From: an uncultured Gemmatimonadales bacterium | GTDB taxonomy: Bacteria > Gemmatimonadota > Gemmatimonadetes > Longimicrobiales > Gaopeijiaceae | Assembly: GCA_963823035.1 (NCBI GenBank) | Contig: CAWGKG010000014.1 | Coordinates: forward strand, 352,001-416,000 | DNA: 64,000 nucleotides | Direction: 5' to 3' | In this document: positions 47,347-57,620 of the stretch, in pieces | How the letters are laid out: each line of letters starts with the position of its first letter | Numbering within the stretch: position 1 is the stretch's first letter | Notes under the pieces: generated by a model | What the model was told of the DNA's origin: nothing | Seen by the model: only the letters and a program-made list of their open reading frames with translations | Databases searched by the model: none | Translations under genes and position numbers: made by a program

Positions 47347-50300
47347 GACGTCATCTCCGAGGGAGTGGACGACCTCCCTCCCCCGTGGCGCTGGAGGAGG
47401 AAGTAGAGGGTGGGCGTGGCCAGGAGGGAGAGGAGCACCGAAATGGCCAGCGCGCCGATGACCGCGATGGCCAGCGGCCTGAGCATGTCGGAGCCGGAGC
47501 CGATCCCCCACGCGAGCGGGAGCATGCCGAGCGCCGCCGCCAGCGAGGTCATCAGCACGGGACGCAGACGCCTGCGTCCGGAGCGAACCAGTGCCTCTTC
47601 GAGATCGAGGCCTTCGGCCCTCAGGTGCCCGACGAAGTCCAGCATCAGGATCCCGTTCTTGGCGACGATGCCGATGCCGATGATCGCCCCCAGGAACGAG
47701 ACCACGTTGAACGACGTTCCGGTGAGCCAGAGCGCGAGCACGGTGCCGAAGAGCGCGAGCACGGCGCCGAAGACGATCGACAGCGGCTCGTAGAATGACC
47801 CGAACTCCAGCAGGAGGACGGTGAACACGAGCGTGATCGCCATGAGGAGCACGAACACCAGGTTCCGGAACGACTCGCGCTGCTGCTGGTAGAGCCCGCC
47901 GTACTCCACCGTGCCGGGAGGAAGCGAAGCGTCGGCGCCCAGCGTCTGGCGGATCTCCGCCATCGCGCTCCCCATGTCCCGCCCCTCGAGGCGGGCCGTG
48001 ACCGCCACGTCCTGTCGTCCGTCCTCGCGGCGCAGCTCGAGCTGGCCGGGCTCCTGCGCGACGTCCACGACCTGGGACAGCTTCACCAGGGCTCCGGTCG
48101 GCGTGCGGATCGGCAGGTCCTCGACCTGGCTCATCTCGAGCAGGCGCGTGGAGTCGACCTTGACGCGCACCTCCACCACGCGGTCGCCCTCGAGCACGGA
48201 CGAGGCGGTCCGACCCAGCATGGCGGTGTTCACCGCGCCGGCCACGTCGTCCGCCGTGAGGCCGAAGCGGCGGGCTTCCGCCTGCCGCGTGCGCAGGCTG
48301 ATCGTGGGGCCGGTGTAGACCAGCCCGTCGAAGACGTCCACGACGCCGGGCATCTGCTCGAGGCGCGCGGCCACCTCGGGCGCGTGTGCCTCCAGCCAGG
48401 CCTGATCGGTGGAGTACAGCTTCACCTCGATGGGGCTCGGCGCCCACATGAGGTCCCCGATGAGATCGCCGAGGATGCCCGGGAACTCCCACTCCACGCC
48501 GGGAATCTCCGTGTTGAAGCGCCGGCGCAGCTCGGCGATGACGTCGTCGGTGGAGCGCTGCCGGCCCGTGCGCAACTTGACCAGGAAATCACCGGTGTTG
48601 GGTTCGGCGATCGCCAGCGCGAGGCGCGCGCCGGTGCGGCGCGAGTAGCTCTCCACCTCGGGCACCGTCCCCAGGATCGCCTCCGCGCCCAGGAGCTGGC
48701 GGTTCGTCTCCGCCAGGCTCGTGCCGGGGGGCGTGAAGTAGTCGATGACGAAGCCGCCCTCGTCCATCGGCGGCAGGAACTCGCTGTCGAGCTGGCGATA
48801 GACGCCGATCCCCACGAGCAGCACCACGGCGCACGCGCCCAGCGTCCACCACGGGTGGTGCAGCGCCGGGCGCACCGCCTCCTCGTAGAGGTCGACGACC
48901 CTGCGCAGGACGGGGCCCGCCTGCGTGTGCGCCGGTCCCGTCTCGTCGCCGTGGCCGCGGCGTATCAGCCACCCGGCCAGCGAGGGCGTGAGCGTCACGG
49001 CCAGCACCAGCGAGGTGAGCAGCGACACCACCATGGTCATGGCCAGCGCGCGGAAGAACACGCCGGTGATGCCGTCCAGGAAGGCCAGCGGGATGAAGAC
49101 CACCACGGGCGTGAGGGTGGAGCCGATCAGCGGCCTGAAGATCTCCGTGATGCCGGCCTCCACGGCCTGGCGACGGCTCATCCCCTCCATGAGGCGGGTG
49201 TGGATGGCCTCGACCACGACGATCGCGTCGTCGATCACGAGCCCCACGGCCGCCGCGATGCCCCCCAGCGTCATGAGGTTGAAGGTCAGCCCCGTAAGGC
49301 GCATGGCGACCAGCGTGATCAGGATCGTCACCGGAATGACGGTCGTGGCCACGAGCGTCGTCCCCCAGTTCTTCAGGAAGAAGAAGAGGATCACGACCGA
49401 GAGGATCAGCCCGAAGAGGATCGCCTCCCACACGCTGTGCACGGACGCGCGCACGATCTCGGACTGGTCATAGAAGAACGCGAGCTTCATGTCGGGCGGA
49501 AGCTCGCCCTCGAGCTGGGCGATCTGCGCGCGCAGCGCATCCGCGATCTTGAGCGTGCTCCCGTCGGGCTGGCTGCGCACGTTGAGCAGCACGGCGGGGT
49601 GACCGTCCGCGGTCACGATGTTGAAGACCGGCTCGGGACCCCGCTGCACGCGGGCGAAGTCGCCGATGCGCACGGGATGCCCGTCCGGCGCGGTGACCAC
49701 GAAGTCCCGGATGTCCGCGAGGGAGTGGGCCCGGCCGTCCACGACCGTGAGGTAGAGCGTGTGGCTCTCTTCGTGCATCCCCGCGGAGGCCACCAGGTTG
49801 TTGCGCTCCATCGCGTCGGTGACGTCGGCGAGGCTGAGGTGCGCACCCTCCAGGAGGAGCGGGTCCACCACCACCTGGTACTCGGGCGCCTTCCCGCCCA
49901 CCAGGTCCACGCGGGCCACACCGGGGATCTGGAGGAAGCGCAGCTTGAGGTCGTAGCGCGCCTCCTCCCACAGCTCGGTGATGTCCCGCGTGTCGCTGGT
50001 GAGGCTGACGCCGACGATCGGGAAGGCGGCGAAGGTCAAGCGGTAGACCGTGGTCTCGGCGGTGGCGGGGAGCTGGCTCCTGATCTGGCCCAACCGGCTC
50101 AGCACGTAGAGCTCGGACTGGACCATGTCCACCTGCCACGTGAAGAACACGTTGATCTCGGCGGAGCCGCGACCCGTGGCGGACTTCACGGTGACGGTCC
50201 CCGGGATGTCCTTCATCGACTCCTCGATGGGGCGCGTGATACGCGCCATCATCTCGTCGCCGGGCATGACGCCGTTGTCGACCAGGATCACCACGCGGGG

Positions 50301-50423
50301 GAAGTCCGTCTGCGGGAAGACGGACGACGAGATGCTCGTCGCGGCGTAGACGCCCCCGAGACACAGCGCCGCGCTGATGAAGGTGATGGACAGCGCCTGC
50401 TTGTTGGCGAAGCGACCCAGCAT
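47343..50423 (-). CDS. RND efflux permease (AcrB/CusA superfamily)
   Basis: 1026 aa; VFPQTDFPRV; GLVIDDAIVVVE; GIVAKNGILMLD; RLRPVLMT. Confidence 0.95.
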   Translation of the reverse strand: MLGRFANKQALSITFISAALCLGGVYAATSISSSVFPQTDFPRVVILVDNGVMPGDEMMARITRPIEESMKDIPGTVTVKSATGRGSAEINVFFTWQVDMVQSELYVLSRLGQIRSQLPATAETTVYRLTFAAFPIVGVSLTSDTRDITELWEEARYDLKLRFLQIPGVARVDLVGGKAPEYQVVVDPLLLEGAHLSLADVTDAMERNNLVASAGMHEESHTLYLTVVDGRAHSLADIRDFVVTAPDGHPVRIGDFARVQRGPEPVFNIVTADGHPAVLLNVRSQPDGSTLKIADALRAQIAQLEGELPPDMKLAFFYDQSEIVRASVHSVWEAILFGLILSVVILFFFLKNWGTTLVATTVIPVTILITLVAMRLTGLTFNLMTLGGIAAAVGLVIDDAIVVVEAIHTRLMEGMSRRQAVEAGITEIFRPLIGSTLTPVVVFIPLAFLDGITGVFFRALAMTMVVSLLTSLVLAVTLTPSLAGWLIRRGHGDETGPAHTQAGPVLRRVVDLYEEAVRPALHHPWWTLGACAVVLLVGIGVYRQLDSEFLPPMDEGGFVIDYFTPPGTSLAETNRQLLGAEAILGTVPEVESYSRRTGARLALAIAEPNTGDFLVKLRTGRQRSTDDVIAELRRRFNTEIPGVEWEFPGILGDLIGDLMWAPSPIEVKLYSTDQAWLEAHAPEVAARLEQMPGVVDVFDGLVYTGPTISLRTRQAEARRFGLTADDVAGAVNTAMLGRTASSVLEGDRVVEVRVKVDSTRLLEMSQVEDLPIRTPTGALVKLSQVVDVAQEPGQLELRREDGRQDVAVTARLEGRDMGSAMAEIRQTLGADASLPPGTVEYGGLYQQQRESFRNLVFVLLMAITLVFTVLLLEFGSFYEPLSIVFGAVLALFGTVLALWLTGTSFNVVSFLGAIIGIGIVAKNGILMLDFVGHLRAEGLDLEEALVRSGRRRLRPVLMTSLAAALGMLPLAWGIGSGSDMLRPLAIAVIGALAISVLLSLLATPTLYFLLQRHGGGRSSTPSEMTS

Positions 50424-50424
50424 G

Positions 50425-51486
50425 TCAGCCGCCCACCACGCGAACGGCCGTTTCCTCGGGCAGCCCGTACGCCTCGTCGGTGACCACGCGCACGCCCTCT
50501 TCCACGCCCTCGCCGGACACCTCCGCCAGGCCGTCGCCGCGCAGCCCGACCGTGACGGAACGGCGCACCGCGCGATCGCCCTCCACCACCACGATCCACG
50601 TCCCCTCGTCGGGACGGGTCACCACGCTTCCCTGGGGCACGGCCAGCACGCCCTCGTGCTCCTCGGCCACGATGCGAATCTCGGTGAACTGCCCCGGCAT
50701 GAAGCCCGTCCCGGCCGGCACGGTGGCCTGGACGCGGTAGGTTCCGGTGGCCGGATCCACATCCCTGCCCAGGACCAGCACGACGCCCTCCGCGACGGAA
50801 TCGCCGACGCCGAGGAGCACGCGCTGTCCGACCGCCACGCCACCGATCTCCCGGGCGGGCACGCCCGCCGTCACGACCAGACGGTCCAGGTCCACGACCT
50901 GGGCGAGCACCGTGGTGGCGTCCACGTGTTGGCCCACCGCGGCGCTCAGGCGCAGCACGATCCCGGACAACGGCGAGGCGATGTTCAGGTAGGACAGGGC
51001 GGTCTCGGCGGAGGCCAGGTCCGCCCGAGCGGCGTCACGCCGCGCCCGGGCGTCCAGGAACGCCCTCTGCGAGGTGCCGTCGGAGCCCATGAGCGCCTCC
51101 TGCCGGCGGAACGCGCTGTCCGCCACCTCGGCCTCCGAGCGGGCCCGGTCCACGGCCACCTGCGCCATGCGGCTGTCGAGGCGGACGAGCACCCTGCCCT
51201 TCTCGACCCGCCGCCCCTCGACCACGTCGACCCCGTCCACGACGCCGTCCACGAAGGGCGTGATCAGCGCCCCGGCCGAGGCCCTGCCGTCCAGCGCGGG
51301 CGCCGGCTCCACGGTGCCGTAGGCCGTGACCGTGCGCCGGAGCGTGGCGCGCCGGATCGGCTGCACGTGCACCGCCACGTTGGGCGTCACCTCGACCTCT
51401 TCCGCTCCTCCGCGCCTCAGCCATGCGATCACGATCACCACGACCACGGCGAGGGCCAGGGCGCCCAGGGTCTGTCGTCGGCTCAT
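50425..51486 (-). CDS. RND periplasmic adaptor subunit
   Basis: N-terminal TM; VVEGRRVEKGRVL; IASPLSG; VDPATGT; VTVGLRGDGLAEV. Confidence 0.93.
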   Translation of the reverse strand: MSRRQTLGALALAVVVVIVIAWLRRGGAEEVEVTPNVAVHVQPIRRATLRRTVTAYGTVEPAPALDGRASAGALITPFVDGVVDGVDVVEGRRVEKGRVLVRLDSRMAQVAVDRARSEAEVADSAFRRQEALMGSDGTSQRAFLDARARRDAARADLASAETALSYLNIASPLSGIVLRLSAAVGQHVDATTVLAQVVDLDRLVVTAGVPAREIGGVAVGQRVLLGVGDSVAEGVVLVLGRDVDPATGTYRVQATVPAGTGFMPGQFTEIRIVAEEHEGVLAVPQGSVVTRPDEGTWIVVVEGDRAVRRSVTVGLRGDGLAEVSGEGVEEGVRVVTDEAYGLPEETAVRVVGG

Positions 51487-52900
51487 CGTCGCGCGTCCTC
51501 ATGCGATCCGGGGGTGCGTTGCGGGGGCTCGAGGGCCCACGCCTCCATGTCCAGCGGCGCCTGCATGGCGTCCTCGAGCGCGCCGACGGCCCGCTGCGCC
51601 CTGGAGAGGGCGTCCAGACGCGTCAGCGCGGTCACGACCGCCTCCGCCTGGAGCCCCAGAAGGTCGAGGCGCGAGATCTCCCCGACGTCGTAGGCGTTCC
51701 GGGCCGTGGCCTCCTGTCGTCCGAGGGCGGACAGCAGGGTGTCCGCCTCCTGCACCTGCGTCGCTGCGGCGCGGGCCGACGCCACCGCGCCCTCGACCTC
51801 GCCCAGCACCCTGGACTGGAGGGCCAGGAAGCGGGCTGCAGCCTCCTCGCGACGCGCCGCGGCTTCGGCGATCGGGCCCGCGATTGCGGTTCAGGAAGGG
51901 AAGCGCCAGGGAGAGTGACAGCGTCCACTTGGTGTCCGTCTGGTCCAACTGGTAGCCCGGCCCGAGGCTGATGTCGGGGTACTGCTTGCGGACCTCGAGC
52001 TGGAGCGCCTTCTGGCTGGCCTCGTACGCCGCGAGCGAAGCCAGCACGTCGGAGCGGTGCAGGAGGGCGCGGCGGCGCGTCTCCGCTTCGGGAACGGCGA
52101 CGGCCACCCGGCCGAGCTCGTCGAAGTCGAGCACGATCGCCTCGAGCGCCGCGGGCGGCACGCCCACGGCGTCCGCGAGCTCGCTGCGGGCGCGCGTGGC
52201 CGCCTGGGCGGCGTCGAGGGCCGCCACCCGGCTCGGCGGCGAGCGCCACCCGAGCCTGCGTGACGTCGATGGGCGAGGCTTCGCCCGCGGCCCGCTGGGC
52301 CTCCAGGATCCTGACCGTCTCGGTCCGGATCTCCCGCTGACGAGCCAGCAACGAGTCCGTCCGGCGAGCCACATACAGGGCGAGGAAGGCCTCGCGCACC
52401 CGTCCGCGCACCCCCCAGGCGGCCGTGAGCAGGTCGAGGCGTGCCGCCTCGGAGCGCTGGCTCGCCTCGGCGATACGGATGCCCCGCTTGCCCGCCACGT
52501 CGATCGGCAGCTCGAGCACGGCCTCGGGGATCCAGGGCGTGACCTCGTCGCGCGGGGTCGTCGCGTTGTAGCCGATCCCCACGGTCTCGGTCGGGTTGGC
52601 GCGTCCGCCGGCCGTGAGCACGCCGCCGCGCGCCACGGCCCACTGGGCGCGCGCGACGTCGAGCGCCGGGGAGTAGTAGAACGCGGCCAACGTCAGCGTC
52701 TGGAGGTCCCACCGCTCCGGGGGCCAGGCGGGAGCTTCCCCGCGGGCCGAGAGGAAGCTGCCCAGCTCCGGCGCGGCGAGTCTCCTCGCCTCGAAGTCCT
52801 CGAGGCTCTGCTCGGGGACGAGCGGCTGCGCGTGAAAGCGGACGCACCCGGCGACCAGGATCACCGCGATCCCGGCGCAGGCACTCGGCAGACGGCTCAT
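51483..52900 (-). CDS. TolC-family outer membrane factor (several frameshifts)
   Basis: Lipobox LVAGC; ELPIDVAGKRGIRI; QYPDISLGPGY..LPFLNRNRG; helical C-terminus in ORF 51483..51809. Confidence 0.88.
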
Positions 52901-52946
52901 CGATCCCACAGGTAGCCCCAAGTGGATTCCTTCGTCAGAGAGGCGG

Positions 52947-52980
52947 AAGGTACGCGCGCGGACCTTTCAGGAAGATCAAC
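52947..52980 (-). promoter_or_regulatory. Putative promoter of the tolC-RND operon with the same TGAAAGG motif
   Basis: Minus strand GTTGATCTTCCTGAAAGG-N10-TACCTT. Confidence 0.5.
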
Positions 52981-53001
52981 CGGCCCGTCGGCAGGTCAGG
53001 C

Positions 53002-55551
53002 CTACAGCCTCTCCTCGTCCGCCGGCGCGTCCAACGCGTCCCGCACCGCCCGGAGGAGCTCCTCCACCCCCCATGGCTTTCGCAGGAACCGCAGGTTGGG
53101 CTGCACACCACCCACCTGCGCGAGCTCGGCCGCCCCGTATCCGCTCATGAGCAGGAAGCGGGGGGGCAGAGCCATGCCACGCGTCCGCTCGTACAACTCC
53201 GTGCCCGAGATCCGCGGCAGCATCACGTCGCTGATCACCAGGTCCGGAGGCTCGTCACCCAACAGCATGGCGAGGGCGGCCTCCCCGTCGCCGACGGCCG
53301 TCACCCTGTATCCGAAGCGGCCCAGGATGCTCACACCCGCGCGCCGGATCGCCGGCTCGTCCTCGACCAGGAGGACCCGCTCGTTGCCCCGGAGCCCTCC
53401 ACGCTCCCCTCCCACCGTCTCGACATCGACCGCGGCAGGGGCTTCGACGGCCGGGAACGAGAGGGTGAACGTGGTCCCCTGGCCCGGAGCGCTTTCCACC
53501 CAGACGCGGCCGCCCTGCTTCTCCATCAGGGCGTGCACCATCGCCAGACCGAGTCCCGTGCCCCGCCCCTCGCCCTTCGACGTGTAGAACGGCTCGAAGA
53601 CTTGGGCCATCCTCTGTGGGTCGATGCCCGCGCCCGTGTCGTGAACGCGGACCAGGACGCGCGCTCCGCCATCCGTCGCCTCCGAGGAAGCGTCGATCGT
53701 GAGCTCCCCGCGCCCCGCCATCGCGTCGCGAGCGTTGGTGACGAGGTTGAGCAGGATCTCCTGGAAGGCGGCCCGATCCAAGCGGCAATGGAGGGGGCCA
53801 CGCCCCGTCTCGACCGTCAGCCTCACCGTGGCAGGGAGGAGTCGAACGAGCAAAGCCCGGGTGTCCTCCAGGACCTGCCCCAGGTCGACGACGCGCACGT
53901 TCTCGAGGTTGGAGCGGGAGAAGGACATGAGCTTGCGCACCATGTCCACGCCGATCAGGCTCGCGGCGCGGATCTCCTGGAGACCTTCTGCAAGCCCTTC
54001 GCCGCCCGGCGGCAGGTCCTCGCGCATCAGGTCGACGTTCGCCTGGATCGCGGTCAGAAGGTTGTTGAAGTCGTGGGCGATACCGCCGCTCAGCAGCCCC
54101 AACGTCTCCATCTTCTGGGCATGGCGCAGCATGTCCGCCATGGCGTGCGCCTCGGTCACGTCCTGCAGGAACCCCATCATCTTCGCGACCCCGCGGGCGT
54201 CCGCGTGGGGGCGCGCAGCCCCGCGCATCCACCGCGCTTCGCCCTCCACGACGACCCGGAAGGTCGCCTCCACGGCCCGGTCGCTCTCCAGGATGCCCTC
54301 GATCCCCTGGCGCACGGCGTCGAGATCGTCGGGGTGCACGCGGTCGAGGAAGGTCTGCGCGGTGGCGGGCGCCTCCCCGGGTGCCCATCCGAGGAGTCGA
54401 TACAGCTCGTCGGACCACCACATCGCGCCGTCGTGCCTCGCCCACTCCCAACTACCGATTCGGCCCATCTCCTGTGCCGCGCGCAGGTGAGCCTCCCGTG
54501 CGAACAGCATGTCCCTCGCCTCCTCCAGCGCCGTCACGTCCGCGACCGTCCCGAGGAGGCGCGTCGGCGTGCCCGCCTCGTCCCAGGTCACCGGCTGGAT
54601 CGCCGCGACGGCGGACAGGTATCCACCGTCCGCTTTCCGGATACGGCAGGCCCGATCCATCGCGGGGGAATCGCCGCGCCGTGTTTCGTCGAGCTGCCGC
54701 ACCATCTCGTGCCGGTCGTCGGGGTGGACGCGGTCGAGGAACTCGGCCGGGGCCATCCTCCGCTCGGTAGCCGGCTCACCCATCAGGGTGCAGAGGTCGG
54801 GGCCGAGGACGAGGCTACTGGACTTGACGTCGACCTCCAGGATGCCGATCCGACCGAGACGTCGGACCATCCGCAGCCGCTCCAGGCTGCGACGCTCCTC
54901 TTCCTCCAGCTTCTCGAGCCGCTCCACCAGCCCACCCCCGAGCGTCTGTACGCCCACGAGTCCCAGGAGGATGAGGGCGGCGCCCCCCGCGACGACCACG
55001 AGCCCGGCGCGCAGGTACGGCGCCCGGATCTCGGCCACGTCGATCTTCGCCACGAGCCCCAGGTGGAGAACGTCCACCGGCTCGTAGGCGGCGAGCACCG
55101 ACTTGCCCGCGTAGTCGATGCCCACCATCGTGCCGGACTCTCCCGCGAGCGCCCGCCCCATCGGCCGAGCGAGGTCCGAAGCGATATCCACGACCGGGAC
55201 GTCGGCGGGGGATCCCGCGCGGTGCCGGAGTTGGAAGACGATCCGCTCTCCCTCGAGTCGCGCGAGCACGTACTCGCCCGTCTTGCCGAATCCGGGGAAG
55301 CGCCCGTGGGCGTCGCGAAGCTGGGAGAGCGTGGCCTCGACATAACCGCCCGGGTAGTCGGAGCTGTGGATCGAGTCGAAGCGCGCGACCGCCTCGATCA
55401 GGCGTGCGCGACCCTGCGCGACCTCGATCAGACGCTGTCGCTGCTGCTCGAATCCCTCCCGGTAGAGCCGAACGACGGTCAAGCCGCCCACGCCCACGGA
55501 GGCGAGCACCAACACCAGCCCGATTACGGCCACGCGGGCGCGACCGCCCAT
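53002..55551 (-). CDS. Hybrid sensor kinase/response regulator (Cache-like, 2 PAS, HisKA, HATPase, REC)
   Basis: Two TMs around DYAGKSVLAAY; RVHPDD twice; GGIAHDFNNLL; NARDAM; GTGLGL; LLVEDE..SDVMLP..KPW. Confidence 0.93.
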   Translation of the reverse strand: MGGRARVAVIGLVLVLASVGVGGLTVVRLYREGFEQQRQRLIEVAQGRARLIEAVARFDSIHSSDYPGGYVEATLSQLRDAHGRFPGFGKTGEYVLARLEGERIVFQLRHRAGSPADVPVVDIASDLARPMGRALAGESGTMVGIDYAGKSVLAAYEPVDVLHLGLVAKIDVAEIRAPYLRAGLVVVAGGAALILLGLVGVQTLGGGLVERLEKLEEEERRSLERLRMVRRLGRIGILEVDVKSSSLVLGPDLCTLMGEPATERRMAPAEFLDRVHPDDRHEMVRQLDETRRGDSPAMDRACRIRKADGGYLSAVAAIQPVTWDEAGTPTRLLGTVADVTALEEARDMLFAREAHLRAAQEMGRIGSWEWARHDGAMWWSDELYRLLGWAPGEAPATAQTFLDRVHPDDLDAVRQGIEGILESDRAVEATFRVVVEGEARWMRGAARPHADARGVAKMMGFLQDVTEAHAMADMLRHAQKMETLGLLSGGIAHDFNNLLTAIQANVDLMREDLPPGGEGLAEGLQEIRAASLIGVDMVRKLMSFSRSNLENVRVVDLGQVLEDTRALLVRLLPATVRLTVETGRGPLHCRLDRAAFQEILLNLVTNARDAMAGRGELTIDASSEATDGGARVLVRVHDTGAGIDPQRMAQVFEPFYTSKGEGRGTGLGLAMVHALMEKQGGRVWVESAPGQGTTFTLSFPAVEAPAAVDVETVGGERGGLRGNERVLLVEDEPAIRRAGVSILGRFGYRVTAVGDGEAALAMLLGDEPPDLVISDVMLPRISGTELYERTRGMALPPRFLLMSGYGAAELAQVGGVQPNLRFLRKPWGVEELLRAVRDALDAPADEERL

Positions 55552-55728
55552 ACGATGTCCTCGGATTCCTCCCGGGTCACCGCCGGCCGCCCGGGGAGGT
55601 AGAGCGGCCCCTGCGACCAACCTATCGCTACGCCCGCACAGCGGGAAGACGACACGACGGCCCGGGCTGGAGGGCCCGGGCCGCCGTGGTTCCTGCCTCG
55701 ATCGCGGCCGCGTCTCGCGGCCCGTGGA

Positions 55729-56196
55729 TCACTTGCCCGTCGCCTCGACGGTGATCTTGCGTCCCTTGGCCTCCGCGACCTTGGGCATGCGGATTCGCAG
55801 GATCCCGTTCTCGAAGTTGGCGTGGATGTCGTCCGCCTTGACCGTCCGCGGCAGCGTGAAGGACCGCTGGAAGCTCCCGTAGCGGCGCTCCCAGAGATGG
55901 TAGCGACGGTCCTCCTCGCCCTCGGTGCGCGCCTCCGTCTTCTCGCCGCCGATGGTGAGGACGTTGTTCTCGAGGTCGATGGAGATGTTGTCGTGGGTCA
56001 TGCCCGGAAGCTCCGCGGACAGCACGAGCTCCTCCTTCGTCTCCTCGACGTTCACCGCCGGCAGCCAGGTGCCTCCGTTGTTCGCGGTGGAGAGCGGCGA
56101 GTCCTCGAACATGCGCGCGAGCCGGTTCGAGACCTCCTCGAGATCCCGCCAGGGAGAGAGCGTGGCGTTGCGGATCGGGTAACGCATCAGGGCCAT
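55729..56196 (-). CDS. Hsp20/alpha-crystallin small heat-shock protein
   Basis: WLPAVNVEE; AELPG; ERRYGSFQRSFTLP; ANFENGILRIRMPK; RBS GAGGAGG. Confidence 0.96.
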   Translation of the reverse strand: MALMRYPIRNATLSPWRDLEEVSNRLARMFEDSPLSTANNGGTWLPAVNVEETKEELVLSAELPGMTHDNISIDLENNVLTIGGEKTEARTEGEEDRRYHLWERRYGSFQRSFTLPRTVKADDIHANFENGILRIRMPKVAEAKGRKITVEATGK

Positions 56197-56312
56197 GGTT
56201 TCCTCCTCGTGTCGGTGACACGGTCCTCAGAAGGGTCGTTTCACGTCGCGTCGTCCGTCGCGCCCGCGACTCCGGGCGCCGGCGACGCTTCTTCCAGATG
56301 CCCCCGAGTCGA

Positions 56313-56328
56313 TGCAACCCGCGTGCCG
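56313..56328 (-). promoter_or_regulatory. Sigma54 promoter of hsp20
   Basis: Minus strand CGGCACGCGGGTTGCA = GG-N10-GC, near consensus. Confidence 0.7.
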
Positions 56329-56576
56329 TCCGCTCAGCGTACGAATCTGCCAAAGTGAACGGTACCAATCAGTTACAACGAGAGCCTCTCTGTCATTCTG
56401 ACGCGCTGTCAGCCCCCGGCGTCGGCCGATTCGGCAGACGCTGGCCCGCCGCTTGCGTCACCCACGGACGGGGGCGCTCGGCGGTCACGGTCCGGGGGGG
56501 CGCTGGACGTTCGCGCGCAGCCTGCGAGATTCTCTCGTCGACTGTCTCCGTGTCATGGCGGGATAGGAAGGGAAGC

Positions 56577-57620
56577 GTGGACAATCGGATTCCGGTGGCC
56601 GTGCTGGGAGCCACCGGCATGGTGGGCGCGCGGCTCGTGTCGATGGTCGCCCGCCATCCCTGGTTCGAGCTCGCGGAGGCCGCAGCGTCGGAGCGCTCCG
56701 CGGGCGGCCTCCTGGGAGCCCTCCTGTCAGGCGACGGAGGGGAGGATCTACCCCCCGAGGCCGCGGCCATCGAGGTGAAAGCCGTCGGCGATCGGCTCTC
56801 CTCGCCCCTGCTGCTCTCCGCGCTCCCCTCCGGGGTCGCCCGGCAGGTCGAGGCCGAGGCGGCCCGCAACGGGCAGCTGGTCGTCAGCAACGCGAGCGCC
56901 TACCGAGACGATCCCCAGGTGCCGCTCGTGATCCCCGAGGTGAACCCCGACCACCTCGAGCTCCTCGACGCTCAGAAGGAGCGTTGGCCCGGCGGCATCG
57001 TGACCAACCCCAACTGCGTGGTGGCGGGGCTGGCGACGGCGCTCGCCCCTCTGCACGAGGCCTTTGGCCTCGAGCGGGTGGTGGTGACCACCTTCCAGGC
57101 GATCTCCGGAGCGGGGCGTCCCGGTCCGGCGGCCTTCGACCTGGTCGACAACGTGCTGCCCTACATCGCCGGCGAGGAGCCGAAGATCGCCGCGGAGCCC
57201 CGTAAGATCCTGGGCGGGGTGCGCGATGGCGCGATCGTCGAGGCGGACTTCAGGCTCGGCGCCACGGCCGTGCGCGTGCCCGTTCGGCACGGCCATCTAG
57301 TGTCCGTCTCGTGTGCCCTCGTCCGCGACGCGGACGCCGATGCCGCGGCGCGGGCGATGCGGGCGTGGCGCGGCGCCGTGACCGGGCTCGGACTCCCCAC
57401 CGCACCCGCGCGGCCCCTCGAGGTGCTCGACGCCGACGACCGCCCGCAGCCCCGGCTCGACCGCGACCGGGGAGCGGGGATGACGGTGACGGTCGGGCGC
57501 GTCCGCCCCTGCGAGGCCCTCGGCCTCTCCTTCCTGGTGCTCTCGCACAACCTGGTGCGGGGCGCGGCCGGCGCCGCCTTGCTCAACGCCGAGCTCTGCC
57601 GCGCCCGAGGCCTCGTATGA
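56577..57620 (+). CDS. asd: Aspartate-semialdehyde dehydrogenase
   Basis: VAVLGATGMVG; VSNASAYR; VPLVIPEVN; VTNPNC; QAISGAG; SHNLVRGAAG. Confidence 0.96.
   Translation: MDNRIPVAVLGATGMVGARLVSMVARHPWFELAEAAASERSAGGLLGALLSGDGGEDLPPEAAAIEVKAVGDRLSSPLLLSALPSGVARQVEAEAARNGQLVVSNASAYRDDPQVPLVIPEVNPDHLELLDAQKERWPGGIVTNPNCVVAGLATALAPLHEAFGLERVVVTTFQAISGAGRPGPAAFDLVDNVLPYIAGEEPKIAAEPRKILGGVRDGAIVEADFRLGATAVRVPVRHGHLVSVSCALVRDADADAAARAMRAWRGAVTGLGLPTAPARPLEVLDADDRPQPRLDRDRGAGMTVTVGRVRPCEALGLSFLVLSHNLVRGAAGAALLNAELCRARGLV

Noticed and set aside
56400..56576. Lysine riboswitch upstream of asd
   Set aside because: No conserved AGAGGNGC core or terminator; not recognisable by eye.
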